A stretch of DNA of 63,923 bases, filler included, from Welwitschia mirabilis (Eukaryota): NCBI GenBank assembly GCA_051453625.1. It is 6 parts of one record of this genome, joined end to end, with 100 filler letters (N's around TTAATTAATTAA, not from the genome) between each part and the next. Parts side by side here need not be neighbours in the genome. Positions count along the whole stretch, not along the records: positions 1 to 10,370 come from JBOZIK010000001.1; positions 10,471 to 18,394 come from JBOZIK010000001.1; 4 more parts are not named here. One strand, given 5' to 3'. Positions within the stretch are counted from its first letter, which is position 1, and each line of letters starts with the position of its first letter. The notes below the pieces were generated by a model. It made no database searches and was not told the DNA's origin. It worked only from the letters and a program-made list of their open reading frames with translations. The position numbers were made by a program, and so were the translations under genes. This document shows, in pieces, positions 1 to 11,689 of this stretch.

Positions 1-2778
1 ATAATAAGGGTAATAAGTGTGCTATACAACGTACTTACACTAAGGCTAGATTTGTCAATAAGCCTCTGTGCATGTCCTCCTAGTGTTTTATCATGCTAAT
101 TTTATTTCTTTCACTCTCAAAGGAGGAATTTCATGTGATGGTGTCACTTATGGATATCAAAGGAATATCATTCTTATTTATGAAGTTGATGGATAATTCC
201 TTGAAGAATGCTTTCATAATATCCATGGATATCTTTGCTCTATAGATTGCCTAACCCTTTAGAATGTTGAAATCAAAATGAATAAATGGAGCACTGAATT
301 GACAAGTACATTACACTATTTAATTCATCCAATCTTACTAAGCTACATTTTTTCACTATGCTAAAGTTTCTTGGCATCATGGATCTTTAGCCTATTGGCT
401 AAGCTAATAGCTCAATCTACTATGAGATCAATTCAAAGGAGGAAGTGCACTAATGCATAAAGATTTAATTTATGAATTAATGCATTAGAGTAGGAAAGAT
501 TTTGCATGAAACTAGCTTAATGATTTCATTATTTAGAAATAAATTTATATAGTAAGTCTTTTCCATGTTTATGATAGTTATTTAATTATCTTAACTTCAA
601 ATATTTTAGATCTAATTCATATTTATATGAGAAGTTAAAGATTGACTTCTATAATGAACTCTATTTTGAGTGCATCAAGCATAGTCATGTGTACTTTTTT
701 TTAAAAAAATAAAGCTACATAGAACATAGAAAATAATGGTTATTTTAATGTTTTAACTTAATTTTCCCAACAAGGTATCTAGTTGAGAGAATGTATAAAA
801 AATAATAAGGTAGACTTTATGGAGCTTTAGTTTTAGGAAAACATTAAGGATAGATTGGACTTACAATTCTTTATTATTTTGTTCATATGTCGCATCTTTA
901 TCCCTTTGTCTATCAAGCAAGTTGTCACTATGTTCATTTCACATATTGTTATCACTTAAGAAGTGAAGGGTTTAAAGTAGAGTTTTCTAAATAAGTATCA
1001 CTAGAATGTTAAAATAGATATAAATTCCTATTTGATGTTATGCAACCCTTTGGTAAAGAAGGTAAATGAAGTCCTAATGATGAGTATCTTATTTTTGAAT
1101 ATTTTGTCATGATGTATGGAAGGTTAATTTAAGAATAACCCCCCTAAGAATAAGAAAATCTAGATAAAGCTTTAGGATCTATTTAAATGGCCCTATAATG
1201 TGAAGTATTTTTAAAATTATAATGCACCATTGTTTTATGATTTTATAAGATTGAAATGATGCTAATGGACCTTAGATTTATCTAACCAAATATCTATTAG
1301 TTTATAAAATCATTTCTTGGGATATACTATCAGCTTATTACTAGATTCTATATCTTTTAACATTGCATCTAGTAAATTTTGCTATGATTGACTTATCAAA
1401 GTAAGCTTAGATACCATGCACCAAATTATCTTTTATGTTCTAGCTATTAGCAAACTATTCATAGAGATTTTGATTATCTTCATGAAGGACTCGAATAACA
1501 TTCTTAATATTCGTACAACTAGAAAGATTCAAACTGAGTTATCATTCATGAAGACTTCATAAAAGTAATGCATGACTTTATGAGCATAATTCATGCTATT
1601 TAAAATGGAACTTCATAGTAATAATGATAAGGTTCACTTCATTATTTAGTTTCGCATTAACATAATAGTGATGCAAATGATGAATGTGCAATAATGCCCT
1701 AAAAAGAAATAGTATTAACATGAGGGAATGGTATATTTTCTGATTTAATGTCTCCAATAATAGGTTTAGCTATGGCATAAATATAAACATGATAATAACA
1801 CAATTTATTATACTAAAAGAGTAACGTGTGAATACAACTATTAGGTTATATATATCATGGACGGATAGACATAATGATTTTAGCATTTGGATGTTATAAG
1901 ATGTAAGAAATAACTTATGGGAGATAATAGAAATAAGTAGAGTTTTAGGATTTAAAATAGAAGAGATAAAAGTGGGCAAGAATTAGTAATAATAAAGAAA
2001 AGAAGGAAATGAATAATAGTGTTGTTTAAGAATGCAATTATTTTTTAATTTTTATATACTATATATGAAAATCCTAAGAGTGATTCTCAATGAATTTTAA
2101 CCTTGAAAAAATTAAATTAAATAAAAGGAATGTTGCATGCATATTTTTAATTGTTTCAAAATTGTTGAATGGATTTGTAGTCGATGAAGAAATGTTATAA
2201 AGTTTTAATTTCTTCTTTCCAGAACTATCAATAAAGTGAACATTATGTGTTAAAGTTATAATGTAAAAATAATCAAGATTTTTTTAATTAATGTTTGATC
2301 ACATGAACGTTTTGATTCTCTCTAGTATATAGACTTTCCATAGTTTTATGATTTATTATTATGATTAAAAATATGTTAATAAATAATTCAAATTATAACT
2401 TAAACCATTTTTAAGGAGAAGTTAGTTATCTATAATTTTACTCTATATAGGAGATGGTTATATTTATTTTATTAATTTTCAAATACCTTTTAAATGTAAT
2501 ATTTTTTATGATAGTCATGTTCATAGAAATTCTTAAAATACATTACTTATGGAGAATTCCAGTTTTATTAAAATCTATAATCTCATTACCTATGGAGTAT
2601 TATAGATTTATTAATATCTATAAGTGTTGCGATGCCAATTTGAAGGAATTTGATGGTGTATTTGGAGTACCTTTGCAGGACATTTATACAGGTTTAGATG
2701 TAATTATGCTGATTATGGAGAGAGGATAAGATGATTATGAAAACATGTAATTCTTGATATAATTGGAGGCATTTCAGG
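1..2778 (+). mobile_element. Heavily decayed CACTA (En/Spm) transposon relic: C-terminal half of TnpD-type transposase, possibly followed by a TnpA-like exon
   Basis: Hand translation across stops and frameshifts gives motif-like pieces in CACTA order. EFHVMVSLMDIKGI (~126-170; cf. HDCHVLM..LPIAIRG); LHYLIH...SLC*SFLASWIFSL (~311-395; cf. HLIVHL...LCGPVYLRWMYP); HQA*SCVLF...SYIEH (~674-727; cf. QAHRYVLFN...PYIEEH); DSN*VII (~1527; cf. W.VV of DUF4216). No intact ORF. Boundaries approximate. Confidence 0.5.
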
Positions 2779-2878
2779 NNNNNNNNNNNNNNNNNNNNNN
2801 NNNNNNNNNNNNNNNNNNNNNNNNNNNNNNNNNNNNNNNNNNNNNNNNNNNNNNNNNNNNNNNNNNNNNNNNNNNNNN

Positions 2879-4140
2879 CTTATGTACAAATTTGAAATCA
2901 CATCTTGCATATGAAAATAACTAAATTAAGAATGTGTATATGATAATGAAAAACTGAAAGTAAACAATTAAAGGATAAAATGCATAAGCTATCAAATTTG
3001 ATGCACACTAGATTTATAGTGGTTTGGGAACTCCCCTACTCCACTCTCGATGATCAGCTTCTTCCAAGCTTGATCTTAGATCTCTGTTACTCCATAGATT
3101 TTGCCAAGTTTACCTGTAACCCTTACAAGCGGACTTTTATAGGCTAAGTCTTAATCTTAATAATATACTTTTACAGGCTAAGTCTTAACCTTTCCAATGG
3201 ACTTTTGTAGGCTAAGTCTCAACCTCTGAAAGTAATGGATGTGATGTAATAATGCCTTGATCACTCAGGTATCACATGTTTTGTAGCAGTACAATGAATG
3301 GAGCTCTACTCTAATAAATCACAATGATGAAGATCTTAGATCTGATTTTGAATGAAGCTCTTGTGTCAAAGATTGAGCTCCTAAATCAGATGTGAAGCAA
3401 TACAATAATACATCAATGAAAGTACAGCCTGATCTTTTAGATCCATAATGATTATGCTAAATAAGAATAGTGCCAAAAGATTTTTAGGTCAGCAATAGCA
3501 TAGCTATTTATAATGGAGGGCTAATAATATTTATTACAAATGAATTGTGCCTCTAACAACTATAAACAGCTAAAAAATGGCTAGGTAATGACTAGGAAAT
3601 GGATACATAACATTTAGAAATTTTACTTTTTTGCGCCATCCAATCGACCCCACAAAAATCCGATCGACCCTACATGATCTTAGTGGACTCCATCCTGGGT
3701 TTAGTTGATCCCTTGCCTCTCAGTCTAGAACTATCGCCTGTCATCTTCTCAGGTTTGGTTGACCCCATTAAAATCAAGTCGACCTCTTTCCTCTCAGTTT
3801 GTGACTAGTGCCTGTCAGTTCCTCAAATCCGGTCGACCTCATGAGAGTCCGGTCAACCCCTTTCCATTTAGTTCAGGAATATTGACTCAGAGTTACAGGT
3901 TCAGTAGACCCCATTAGAATTCAGTTGACCCCTTTAGGTTCAGTTCATTTTTCTTATGACAGCTTCAGGTGTAGTCAACCTCTTTAGTATTTGGTCAAAA
4001 CATAACTCAGCAGGTTTTTGGTGCATTTATGATCCAATTCTTTTATCTACAAAACTCAATCTCATCTGCACATAAGATATAACATTTTGCACTACACAAG
4101 AGATATTAGTTTGACATCAATTGGTAAACGTAATCTAAGA
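2879..4140 (-). repeat. 3' LTR of the Sirevirus-type element
   Basis: Abuts a PPT (atctccctct, 4141-4150). Has minus-strand TATAAATAGC at 3503-3512, a cluster of GTCGACC-like palindromic motifs at ~3640-4000, and the gatttatagtggttt...cctactccac segment shared with the LTR at 47915-50173. Left end is cut by an N-gap. Confidence 0.8.
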
Positions 4141-4915
4141 ATCTCCCTCTTTCACATTGATGGCAAATAAATAAGTGATTTCAAAATTTTAAACAATTTA
4201 AGCTCATTCACCAAATAATTTTAAGCATACATTAAAAAGGTAAAACTCCTCCTTTCATCAAGCCATATAAACATTTAATCAAAAGGGTAAAACATTTCTG
4301 AAATAATCATTTTCTTTCCTTATTCTCTCCCCCTTTGATTGAATACTTTAAAATAGTACTTTGAAAATTTTGAAAACACTACATCTTCTCTCCTTCTTTA
4401 ACTTAAATGGCAAACAAATATAAAACTTAGATATTCAGCCAGAAGTATCAAGAATTTTTCTCCCCCTATCTTAATACCAAATGATAAAAAATGATAAGCT
4501 AAAACTTTGATACACATTTAGGCATATTGAATAGACAATATTTTTGTGCTTTTAAATGTAAAAAATTTGATTATGCACAATTTAAGAAAACATAATGATA
4601 CCAAATAGTAATATAAAAGTGATCAGACAAACTTATTAATTTAAAAGACACACATATTTTGGTTTAGTTTTAATTGAGATGATAAATTTAAGCTTTTTCA
4701 AACATAAGCACATATAATTTTATACTATAAAATGAGATATCAAATAATGCAAAAAAAAAAATGCTAAAGTAGATAACTGATTTCCATTACTAGTCAAACA
4801 CATTATAAGTTTACTCAAGAAATGATTATAACTGAAAAAGAAAAGTTCTCATCAAGAGCATACATTTGAAAATTAACTAATCAAACAAAAAACACTAAAA
4901 TGTCTCTCCTTGTTG
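4141..4915 (-). other. Multiple polypurine-tract (PPT) region
   Basis: Plus-strand atctccctct (4141), tctccccct (4326, 4459) and degenerate copies (~4388, ~4904) read as AGGGGGAGA-like tracts on the minus strand. Multiple PPTs are a known Sirevirus hallmark. Confidence 0.75.
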
Positions 4916-4967
4916 ACAACAAAAGCAAAAGAGAGAACATTAAAACATGATCTGAAATGCAAGAAAT

Positions 4968-6008
4968 TTAATCTGATTTTTCCTCTTATTCTTCTTCCTC
5001 TTCAGATTTTTTCTTTAAATCTTCTTCATCTTCATTAGTACGAGTAGAGCTGATAACTTTAGCTGAGATATCTACAGTATCATATCCAGCTGCAATGAGT
5101 GCTTCTTTCATGTGTCTAGTGTAGGAGTCAATCCATTTCAGATATGAAAGAATCTCATCTAGAGATGTTGCTTTTGGAGTTTTAGAAGGGGATTTCTTAG
5201 AAGGATCAAAGATATGCATGGGAGATAAAGTTACATGCCCAATGGGTGACAAAGGCTAAAGAGTCTCTAAATAAGGGTACATATGAACATGAAAATGGCA
5301 ACATATTTTAGTGATAAGCACAGAGTAGGGTAAAGTCCTAGTTCTATGATACTCCAACTATGAAGCCATATTTTTCAATATTATGGCAGAAGCATCAATA
5401 AAATGCTCATTACCTACTAAACACATGAAATATGCCCTGTAGTTGGAGGCCTCCTCACGATGGCTAACTAAAAAAAGAAAATTCTAAGTGAAGATCAAAT
5501 AAATAAAAAGATATTTGGGAGTCAACAAAGAAGTAGATAAGGTATGTTTCCAAGTATGCACTCTACCACAAAGCTTATTGGTAACCGTCAGCTTATCTTT
5601 CATGGTATCTCTGAGAGGCTAAAACTCCTCATAGTCTCCCCATGGAAGATCAGTCATCTTAGAGATGAGGTCTTCTGTTACTCTTATCCTTCTACCCAAC
5701 ACAAGGTTTTCTACAGTCCTTGTTTCATGATTAAAAGAAGCATTGCAATAAAACATTCTAGTAAGAAAATAATATGCGGGACCTGCAACATCCAAGAAAT
5801 GGTCTAAATCTTGATCTCTCAAGAGTTGAATGATATCACTGAGTTCTTTAAGCTCAGATGTGACCATTGACCGCTCCTGACACATAACTTTCTTCTCAAA
5901 CTTATTAGAGAACTTATCAACATCTTCTTCAGACATTCCATGGTAAAATTAGAGAGGTTCCCTTAAAGCACCCTCTTTTACACCTCTCCTTGAAGAGCTA
6001 ACAGTGAC
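4968..6008 (-). pseudogene. env-like / 'putative plant transposon protein' extra ORF, copy A (disrupted)
   Basis: ORF pieces 5619-5936 (…AYYFLTRMFYCNAS…VLGRRIRVTEDLISKMTDLP) and 4986-5252 (acidic tail), with TLPYSVLITKICCHFHV between them. These resemble the YP.LVR.FY.N…LPY..LIT.I domain carried by Sirevirus/Athila extra ORFs. In-frame stops present. Confidence 0.7.
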
Positions 6009-6780
6009 TCTAAGACCCTTGAAAGAAAGAAGACTGAGAAAAACATTANNNNNNNNNNNNNNNNNNNNNNNNNNNNNNNNNNNNNNNNNNNNNNNNNNNN
6101 NNNNNNNNNNNNNNNNNNNNNNNNNNNNNNNNNNNNNNNNNNNNNNNNTTTTGATTAAATACTTCAAAATAATACTTTGAAAACTTTGAAAACACTACAT
6201 ATTCTCTTTCCCTTTGATATCAATGATAAATAAATATAAAACTTAGATATACGGCTAGAAGTATCAAGAAAATTTCTTCCCCTATCTTGATACCAAATGA
6301 TAAAAAATAATAATTCAAAAATTTGATACACATTTAGGCAAATTGAATAGCAACATTTTTGTACTTTTAAATGTGACAAATTTGATTATGCACAATTTGA
6401 AAAAACATAATGATATCAAATAATAATATAAAAGTGATCAGATACACTCATTAATTTAAAAGACACACATATTTTGGTTCATTTTCAATTGAGATGATAA
6501 ATTTAAGATTTTCAAACATAAGTACATATAATTTTATACTATAAAATGAGATATGTCAAATGATGCAAAAAAAATTGTGCTAAAGTAGATAACTGATTTT
6601 CATTAACAGTCAAACATTACAAGTTAAGTCAAGGAACGATTACAACTGAAAAAGGAAAGTGTTCATCAAGAGCATACATTTGAAAATTAACTAATCAAAT
6701 AAAAACACTAAAATTTCTCTACTTGTTGACAACAAAAACAAAAGAGAGAACATTAAAACATGATCTGAAATACAAGAAAT

Positions 6781-7759
6781 TTAATCTGATTTTTCCTCTT
6801 CTTCTTCTTCCTCTTTAGATTCTTCCCCTGAATCTTCTTCATCTCCACCAGTATGAGCAGAGTTGGTACCTTCAGCTGGGGGTATCTGTAATGTCATATT
6901 CAGCTACAAGGAGTGCTTCTTTCATGTGTTTAGTATAGGAGTTAATTCATTTCAGATATGAAAGAGTCTCATCTGGAGATGTCGCATACCTAATGGGTGA
7001 TAAAGACTGAAAAGTCTCCAAAGAAGAATGCAGATTAACATGAAAATGACAACATATTTTAGTAATAAGCACAGAGTAGGATAGAGCACTAGTTTTGTGG
7101 TACTCCAACTATAAAGCCATATTTTTCAGTATTATGGTAGGAGCATCGATATAATACTAAGTTCCTACCAAAAACATCAAATATGCCCTATAGCTGGAGG
7201 CCTTATCACGATGGCCAGCTTAAGGAAGAAAATTATAAGTTAAGATTAAATGAATGAAATGATATTTGGGAGTCAACAAAGAAGTGGATAAGGTGTGTTT
7301 CCAAGTATGCACTCTACTACAAAGCTTCCTGATAACTACCCCTTTATCTTTCATGGTATCTTTAAGAGGCCAAAACTCCTCATAGTCTTCCCATAGAAGA
7401 TCAGTCATATCAGAGATGAGGTCTACTGTTACTCTTATCCTTCCACCCAACACAAGGGTTTCTAGAGTCCTGATATCACAGTTAAAATAAGCATTGCAAT
7501 AAAATATTCTAGTAAGAAAAGAATAGGCAAGATCTGAAACATCCAAGAAATAGTTCAGATCTTGATCTCTCAAGAGCTGGATGACATCCCTGAGTTCTTT
7601 AAGCTCAGATGTGGCCACTTACTGCTCCTGGCACACAGCTTTCTTCTCAAACTTATCAAAGAACTTGTCAACATCTTCTTCAGACGTTCCATGGTAGAAG
7701 TAGGGAGTTTTCCTTGAAGCATCTTCTTTTGCACCTCTCTTTGAAGAGCTAATAGTCAT
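6781..7759 (-). pseudogene. env-like extra ORF, copy B (disrupted)
   Basis: Reads MTISSSKRGAKEDASRKTPYFYHGTSEEDVDKFFDKFEKKAVCQEQ*VATSELKEL… from the ATG at 7759, includes ORF 7220-7618, and ends …EEEEEKSD* at 6781. Collinear homolog of copy A. Confidence 0.7.
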
Positions 7760-8149
7760 CCTAAGACCCTTGAAAGAAAGAAGACTGAGAAAAACACTGG
7801 ATCTAGTAGCAAGATCTCTAGATCTAAAAGGAAACTTACTAGATCTAAAGGATTGAAGGTACTAGAACATAATGAATTTAAGTTAGGGTTCTATTTCTTT
7901 TATAGACTAAGGGAAATAGGGCATATTTGAGAAAGAAATCAAGTCCACCAACTGTACTTCCACACTATAATTTGTCAAGTCTAGTCAACCGTTCAACCAT
8001 CCAGTCAACCGTTGAGACGCAGGTTTATAGTACTAGAAGAGATCCAAGTGATCAGACTCTTAGGCCAGTCAACCGACCACATCTGGTCGATCAAATCATA
8101 CATCCAGTCGATTGCCTTAAAATCAATTAAGGAATGGTGTTTTGACCTC

Positions 8150-10370
8150 CAGATCAATCCCATGATAGTTAAATTGATTATAAGAACTGGGGGGTTTCAT
8201 CAAAATTGACAGAATAACATTCAGTTTTATCAAAATCTTTCTTAAAGTGTTGGTTTACATGAAACATTTGATCAAATTATTTAACATCTACTCTATAAGC
8301 ATTATCAAAACATTTTACATGAAAAATANNNNNNNNNGTTTTCTCATTTATAACAATGCATTTCAATTTATCAAAGACTATTCTATGCCCTTTATCATAA
8401 AGTTGACTAAAACTTAATAAATTATGTTGAAAATCATTAACATAAAGTACATTATCAAAGTTAGATGACATAGCTCCTTTAATGCTTCCTGTACCTTCTA
8501 TTTTTGTTGTTTGGTTGTTTCCAAAAATGATGTCTTCTCCATTTATGCTTTTTAGGTTCTAAAACCTTGATTTATCTCCTATCATATGCATTGAGCAATC
8601 ACTATCTAGATACCAACTGTTCAAATGTGATCCTCTAAAATCTATATGTGTCACAAAGCTTTAAAGATTATTAACTTTAACCCACTTAGTTTTATTTGAC
8701 TTAGATGGTATATTTTTCTTTGGAAGAAACTTAAAAGAAAATGAGTTCACATTTTTGAAAAAAAAATCATCAAACATCTAACTTTACAAAAAGATTTAGA
8801 ATGATCAAATCTACCACAAAAATTGCATAATAGATTAGGCACAAACTTAACTTGTTTGCTTTACCTATTTTCATGATATTTGTACTTCAAAACCAATACC
8901 TGATTTGTCTTCGTTTGGCTTTCATATTCCAAGCATCTATTCCAATTTAGATGAACTACTAGAAAACTTATTTACAAAAAATNNNNNNNNNNNNNNNNNN
9001 NNNNNNNNNNNNNNNNNNNNNNNNNNNNNNNNNNNNNNNNNNNNNNNNNNNNNNNNNNNNNNNNNNNNNNNNNNNNNNNNNNTCATATGCATTAAGCAAT
9101 CACTATCTAGATACCAACTATTCAAATGTAATCCTCTAAAATCTATCTATGTCACAAAGCTTTAAAGATTATTAGCTTTAACCCACTTAGTCTTATTTGA
9201 CTTAGATGGTATATTTTTCTTTGGAAGAAACTTAAAAGGAAACGAGTTCACATTTTCAAAAAAAAAGCATCAAACATCTAACTTTGCAAAAAGATTTAGA
9301 ATGATCAGATCTACCACAAAAATTGCATAATAGATTAGGCACAAACTTAACTTGTTTGGTTTACCTATTTTCATGATATTTGTACTCCAAAACCAATACC
9401 TAATTTGTCTTCATTTGGCTTTCATATTCCAAGCATCTATTCCAATTTAGATTAACTACTAGAAAACGTATTTACAAAAAATAAAAGATCATTTACCTGA
9501 GTAGTTAATATGATGTTGTCGGATTGGAGTACTTTGCACTTCCTTTTACTTCCTTATTTTCTTTTGTAATGGTCTTTACCATTTTATTTGACTCATTGAT
9601 TCTCTTGACGAGCTTCTCACATTCTTTATACAACTCTTGGCATGTATCTTCTAACTCATACCTCTTCACCAATCATATCCAAGTCATCTGGCATTGAAGT
9701 ACTAGGCACATTTTTAAGTGATGGAACTAGAGCTATGAAAGATAACCTCCTATCTTTGTCTGATCCATGATCTAAGTAGTTCTTCTCATCTCTTTATCAT
9801 CTTCATTATTCTAAGTTGTCATGAGTGAAGAGTTTCTAGACTTGCTCTTTTCTATTCTTATGTCAGGACAGTCATTGGCCATATGTCCAAAGCCTTTGCA
9901 TGAGTAGCATTGGATTTCCTTTGCCTTTTCTTGCTCTTTTCTTTATTTTGGGTTGCTTCTCCTTGAATTCCTACTTGATTTTCCTTCTTTTTTCCTATAA
10001 AGAAAATTTTTGAAGTGCCTGGCTAGAAGAGTCACTTCATTGTTATCAAGCTCTTCATCTGGCCGGTCAGATCTGTAATCCTCCTACACAAATTTTAAAG
10101 CAATAACTTTTCTTCTATTTTTAATAAACTTAAGTTATAGGTTTAAAGATTACCTTGAAGTTCTTCCAATTCCATGACGTTGATGTTTTTGCTCTCTTCT
10201 ATGGCTATTACCTTCAGTTCAAATCTCTTTGGTAGGGATCTCAGAACTTTCCTTACCACTTTCCTTTCCTCCATGTGTTATTCGAGGCTTACCATTGAGT
10301 TCATAATATCTATAAGTCTAGCAAAAAATTCTTGCAAAGTTTCTTCATCATCCATATGAATATCTTCAAA
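8150..10370 (-). pseudogene. Copia gag-protease (disrupted) joined to a probable RNase H C-terminal remnant
   Basis: FEDIHMDDEETLQEFFARLIDIMN…KVVRKVLRSLPKRFELKVIAIEESK (10140-10370); EIQCYSCKGFGHMANDCP (9865-9918); LCNFCGRSDH (~9305-9335); NSWYLDSDCSMHM (~8580-8625); NVLYVNDFQHNLLSFSQLYDKG (ORF 8277-8471). Segment 8582-8982 is duplicated at 9083-9482 across a gap. Confidence 0.85.
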
Positions 10371-10414
10371 NNNNNNNNNNNNNNNNNNNNNNNNNNNNNN
10401 NNNNNNNNNNNNNN

Positions 10415-10426
10415 TTAATTAATTAA
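10415..10426. other. Artificial scaffold-join linker TTAATTAATTAA (44 N + 12 nt + 44 N); also at 18439-18450, 43614-43625, 60398-60409, 62666-62677
   Basis: An identical palindromic 12-mer giving stops in all six frames sits at the centre of five exactly 100-nt gaps. Confidence 0.95.
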
Positions 10427-10959
10427 NNNNNNNNNNNNNNNNNNNNNNNNNNNNNNNNNNNNNNNNNNNNCTTCCTAAAATCACTCACTATTATTATTAT
10501 ATTTATAATTTATTAAGTTATGATAAGAGGCTAAAGATTGTATTAAGTTACCTTATTTCCCCTCCCAAGTGTTGGAATTTGACCGGTAAATACATGCTTT
10601 TGGCTGATTTTCCCATAAGTTTTGGGTAAAATTAATAAAACACTGACATCAGACTACCACGTTTTCTAGAAAACTGCCAAAAATAAGTAACATTTGATAG
10701 AAATTATACATACCTATATTATTTACATAATATATCATAAGGGGAATTTATGTGACAGTCATTTGGGTTCACAGTAACGTGGTTTTTTTGTTTTTGTGGG
10801 GGAGTTGAATTTTCAAATTCTGATCCTATCCATCCTCTCAACCATCATTCTTCACCGTTTCTGCCACCCACCATATCCAAGTCCTAACGGGAAGTTTAAA
10901 ATCAGACAGTAGCGCAACAAACTGTGTAGGTTGTGGGACCATGGAAGGCACAAAAATAA

Positions 10960-11130
10960 TTAGAACATGTGGCATCTCCGTTACACCATCCACGTGGTTG
11001 CTTTTCACGTGGTCCAAGTCTGACTCGATGGGGCTTTATGAAGCACACGGACATGTTTTTCACGTGGCGACGTGGAGCTGACTTCAAACACACGGCCCCT
11101 CGTAAGGCATTTGGACACGCGGCCACGTTC
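10960..11130. promoter_or_regulatory. G-box/ABRE-like cluster
   Basis: CACGTG at 10991, 11006 and 11061 (another at 11331), GACGTG at 11069, CCACGT at 11123, and CE3-like GACACGCGG at 11114, in a CpG-retaining GC-rich patch. Confidence 0.45.
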
Positions 11131-11613
11131 TGGACCTGTCATTATGCCCCACAACAGCAGCCGACATCCTTATTTTACTTCGTGTTATTTTTTTTGAACC
11201 CAATCCTTCAACAAATACCATATGAAAATGCAGAAATATTGTTAATTTACATGTTTTTTAACAAAATACTATAAATAAAAACCAATTCTATTTTCTCCCA
11301 ATCAAATAGTACATCGAACTAATTCAGTCTCACGTGTTTTGTGTTCTAAGAGAACACATTTTAAGGCACATTAGTATGGCATATTCCTCTTATTCAAACT
11401 AAGGTTTGAAACTGAACATAAAAGGATAGATGGGGCAATTTAGGTGAGATCCTATTCGAAACGAGAAGTTTGGTTTGATCAAGGATAGATGGGGCAATTT
11501 AGGTGAGATCCTATCCGAAACGACGGAAGTTTGGTTTGATCAAACTGCAGAATACTAAAACAAAAGTTTCAAAACTGTAGAATACTAGAAACAACTATTT
11601 CCCAAGAGTTGTG

Positions 11614-11689
11614 GAGTTTATAGCTTAACGGAAAAAAAGAGTTATGGTTTTGGACCATGAGGTCAAGGGTTCAAATCCCTTCTAGTTTA
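11614..11689 (+). pseudogene. tRNA-like sequence (pseudo-tRNA-Gln(UUG) or tRNA-derived SINE head), copy 1
   Basis: A-box-like TAGCTTAACGG; anticodon-arm-like TATGG-TTTTGGA-CCATG; variable loop AGGTC; perfect T-arm AAGGG-TTCAAAT-CCCTT (B box). Acceptor stem pairs poorly. Confidence 0.5.

Larger units (their letters stand above)
2879..10370 (-). mobile_element. Ty1/Copia Sirevirus (SIRE/Maximus)-type LTR retrotransposon, internally deleted (gag-protease-[no INT/RT]-env-like ORF-multiple PPT-3'LTR); 5' end lost at scaffold break
   Basis: Gag UBN2-like segment, two CCHC knuckles, protease WYLDSDC motif, extra ORF after pol, several AGGGGGAGA-like PPTs and an LTR, all on the minus strand in the expected order. 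Confidence 0.88.

Noticed and set aside
10902..11274. Overlapping ORFs 10902-11126 (-) and 10969-11274 (+)
   Set aside because: Not recognisable as proteins; best explained by locally higher GC lowering stop frequency.
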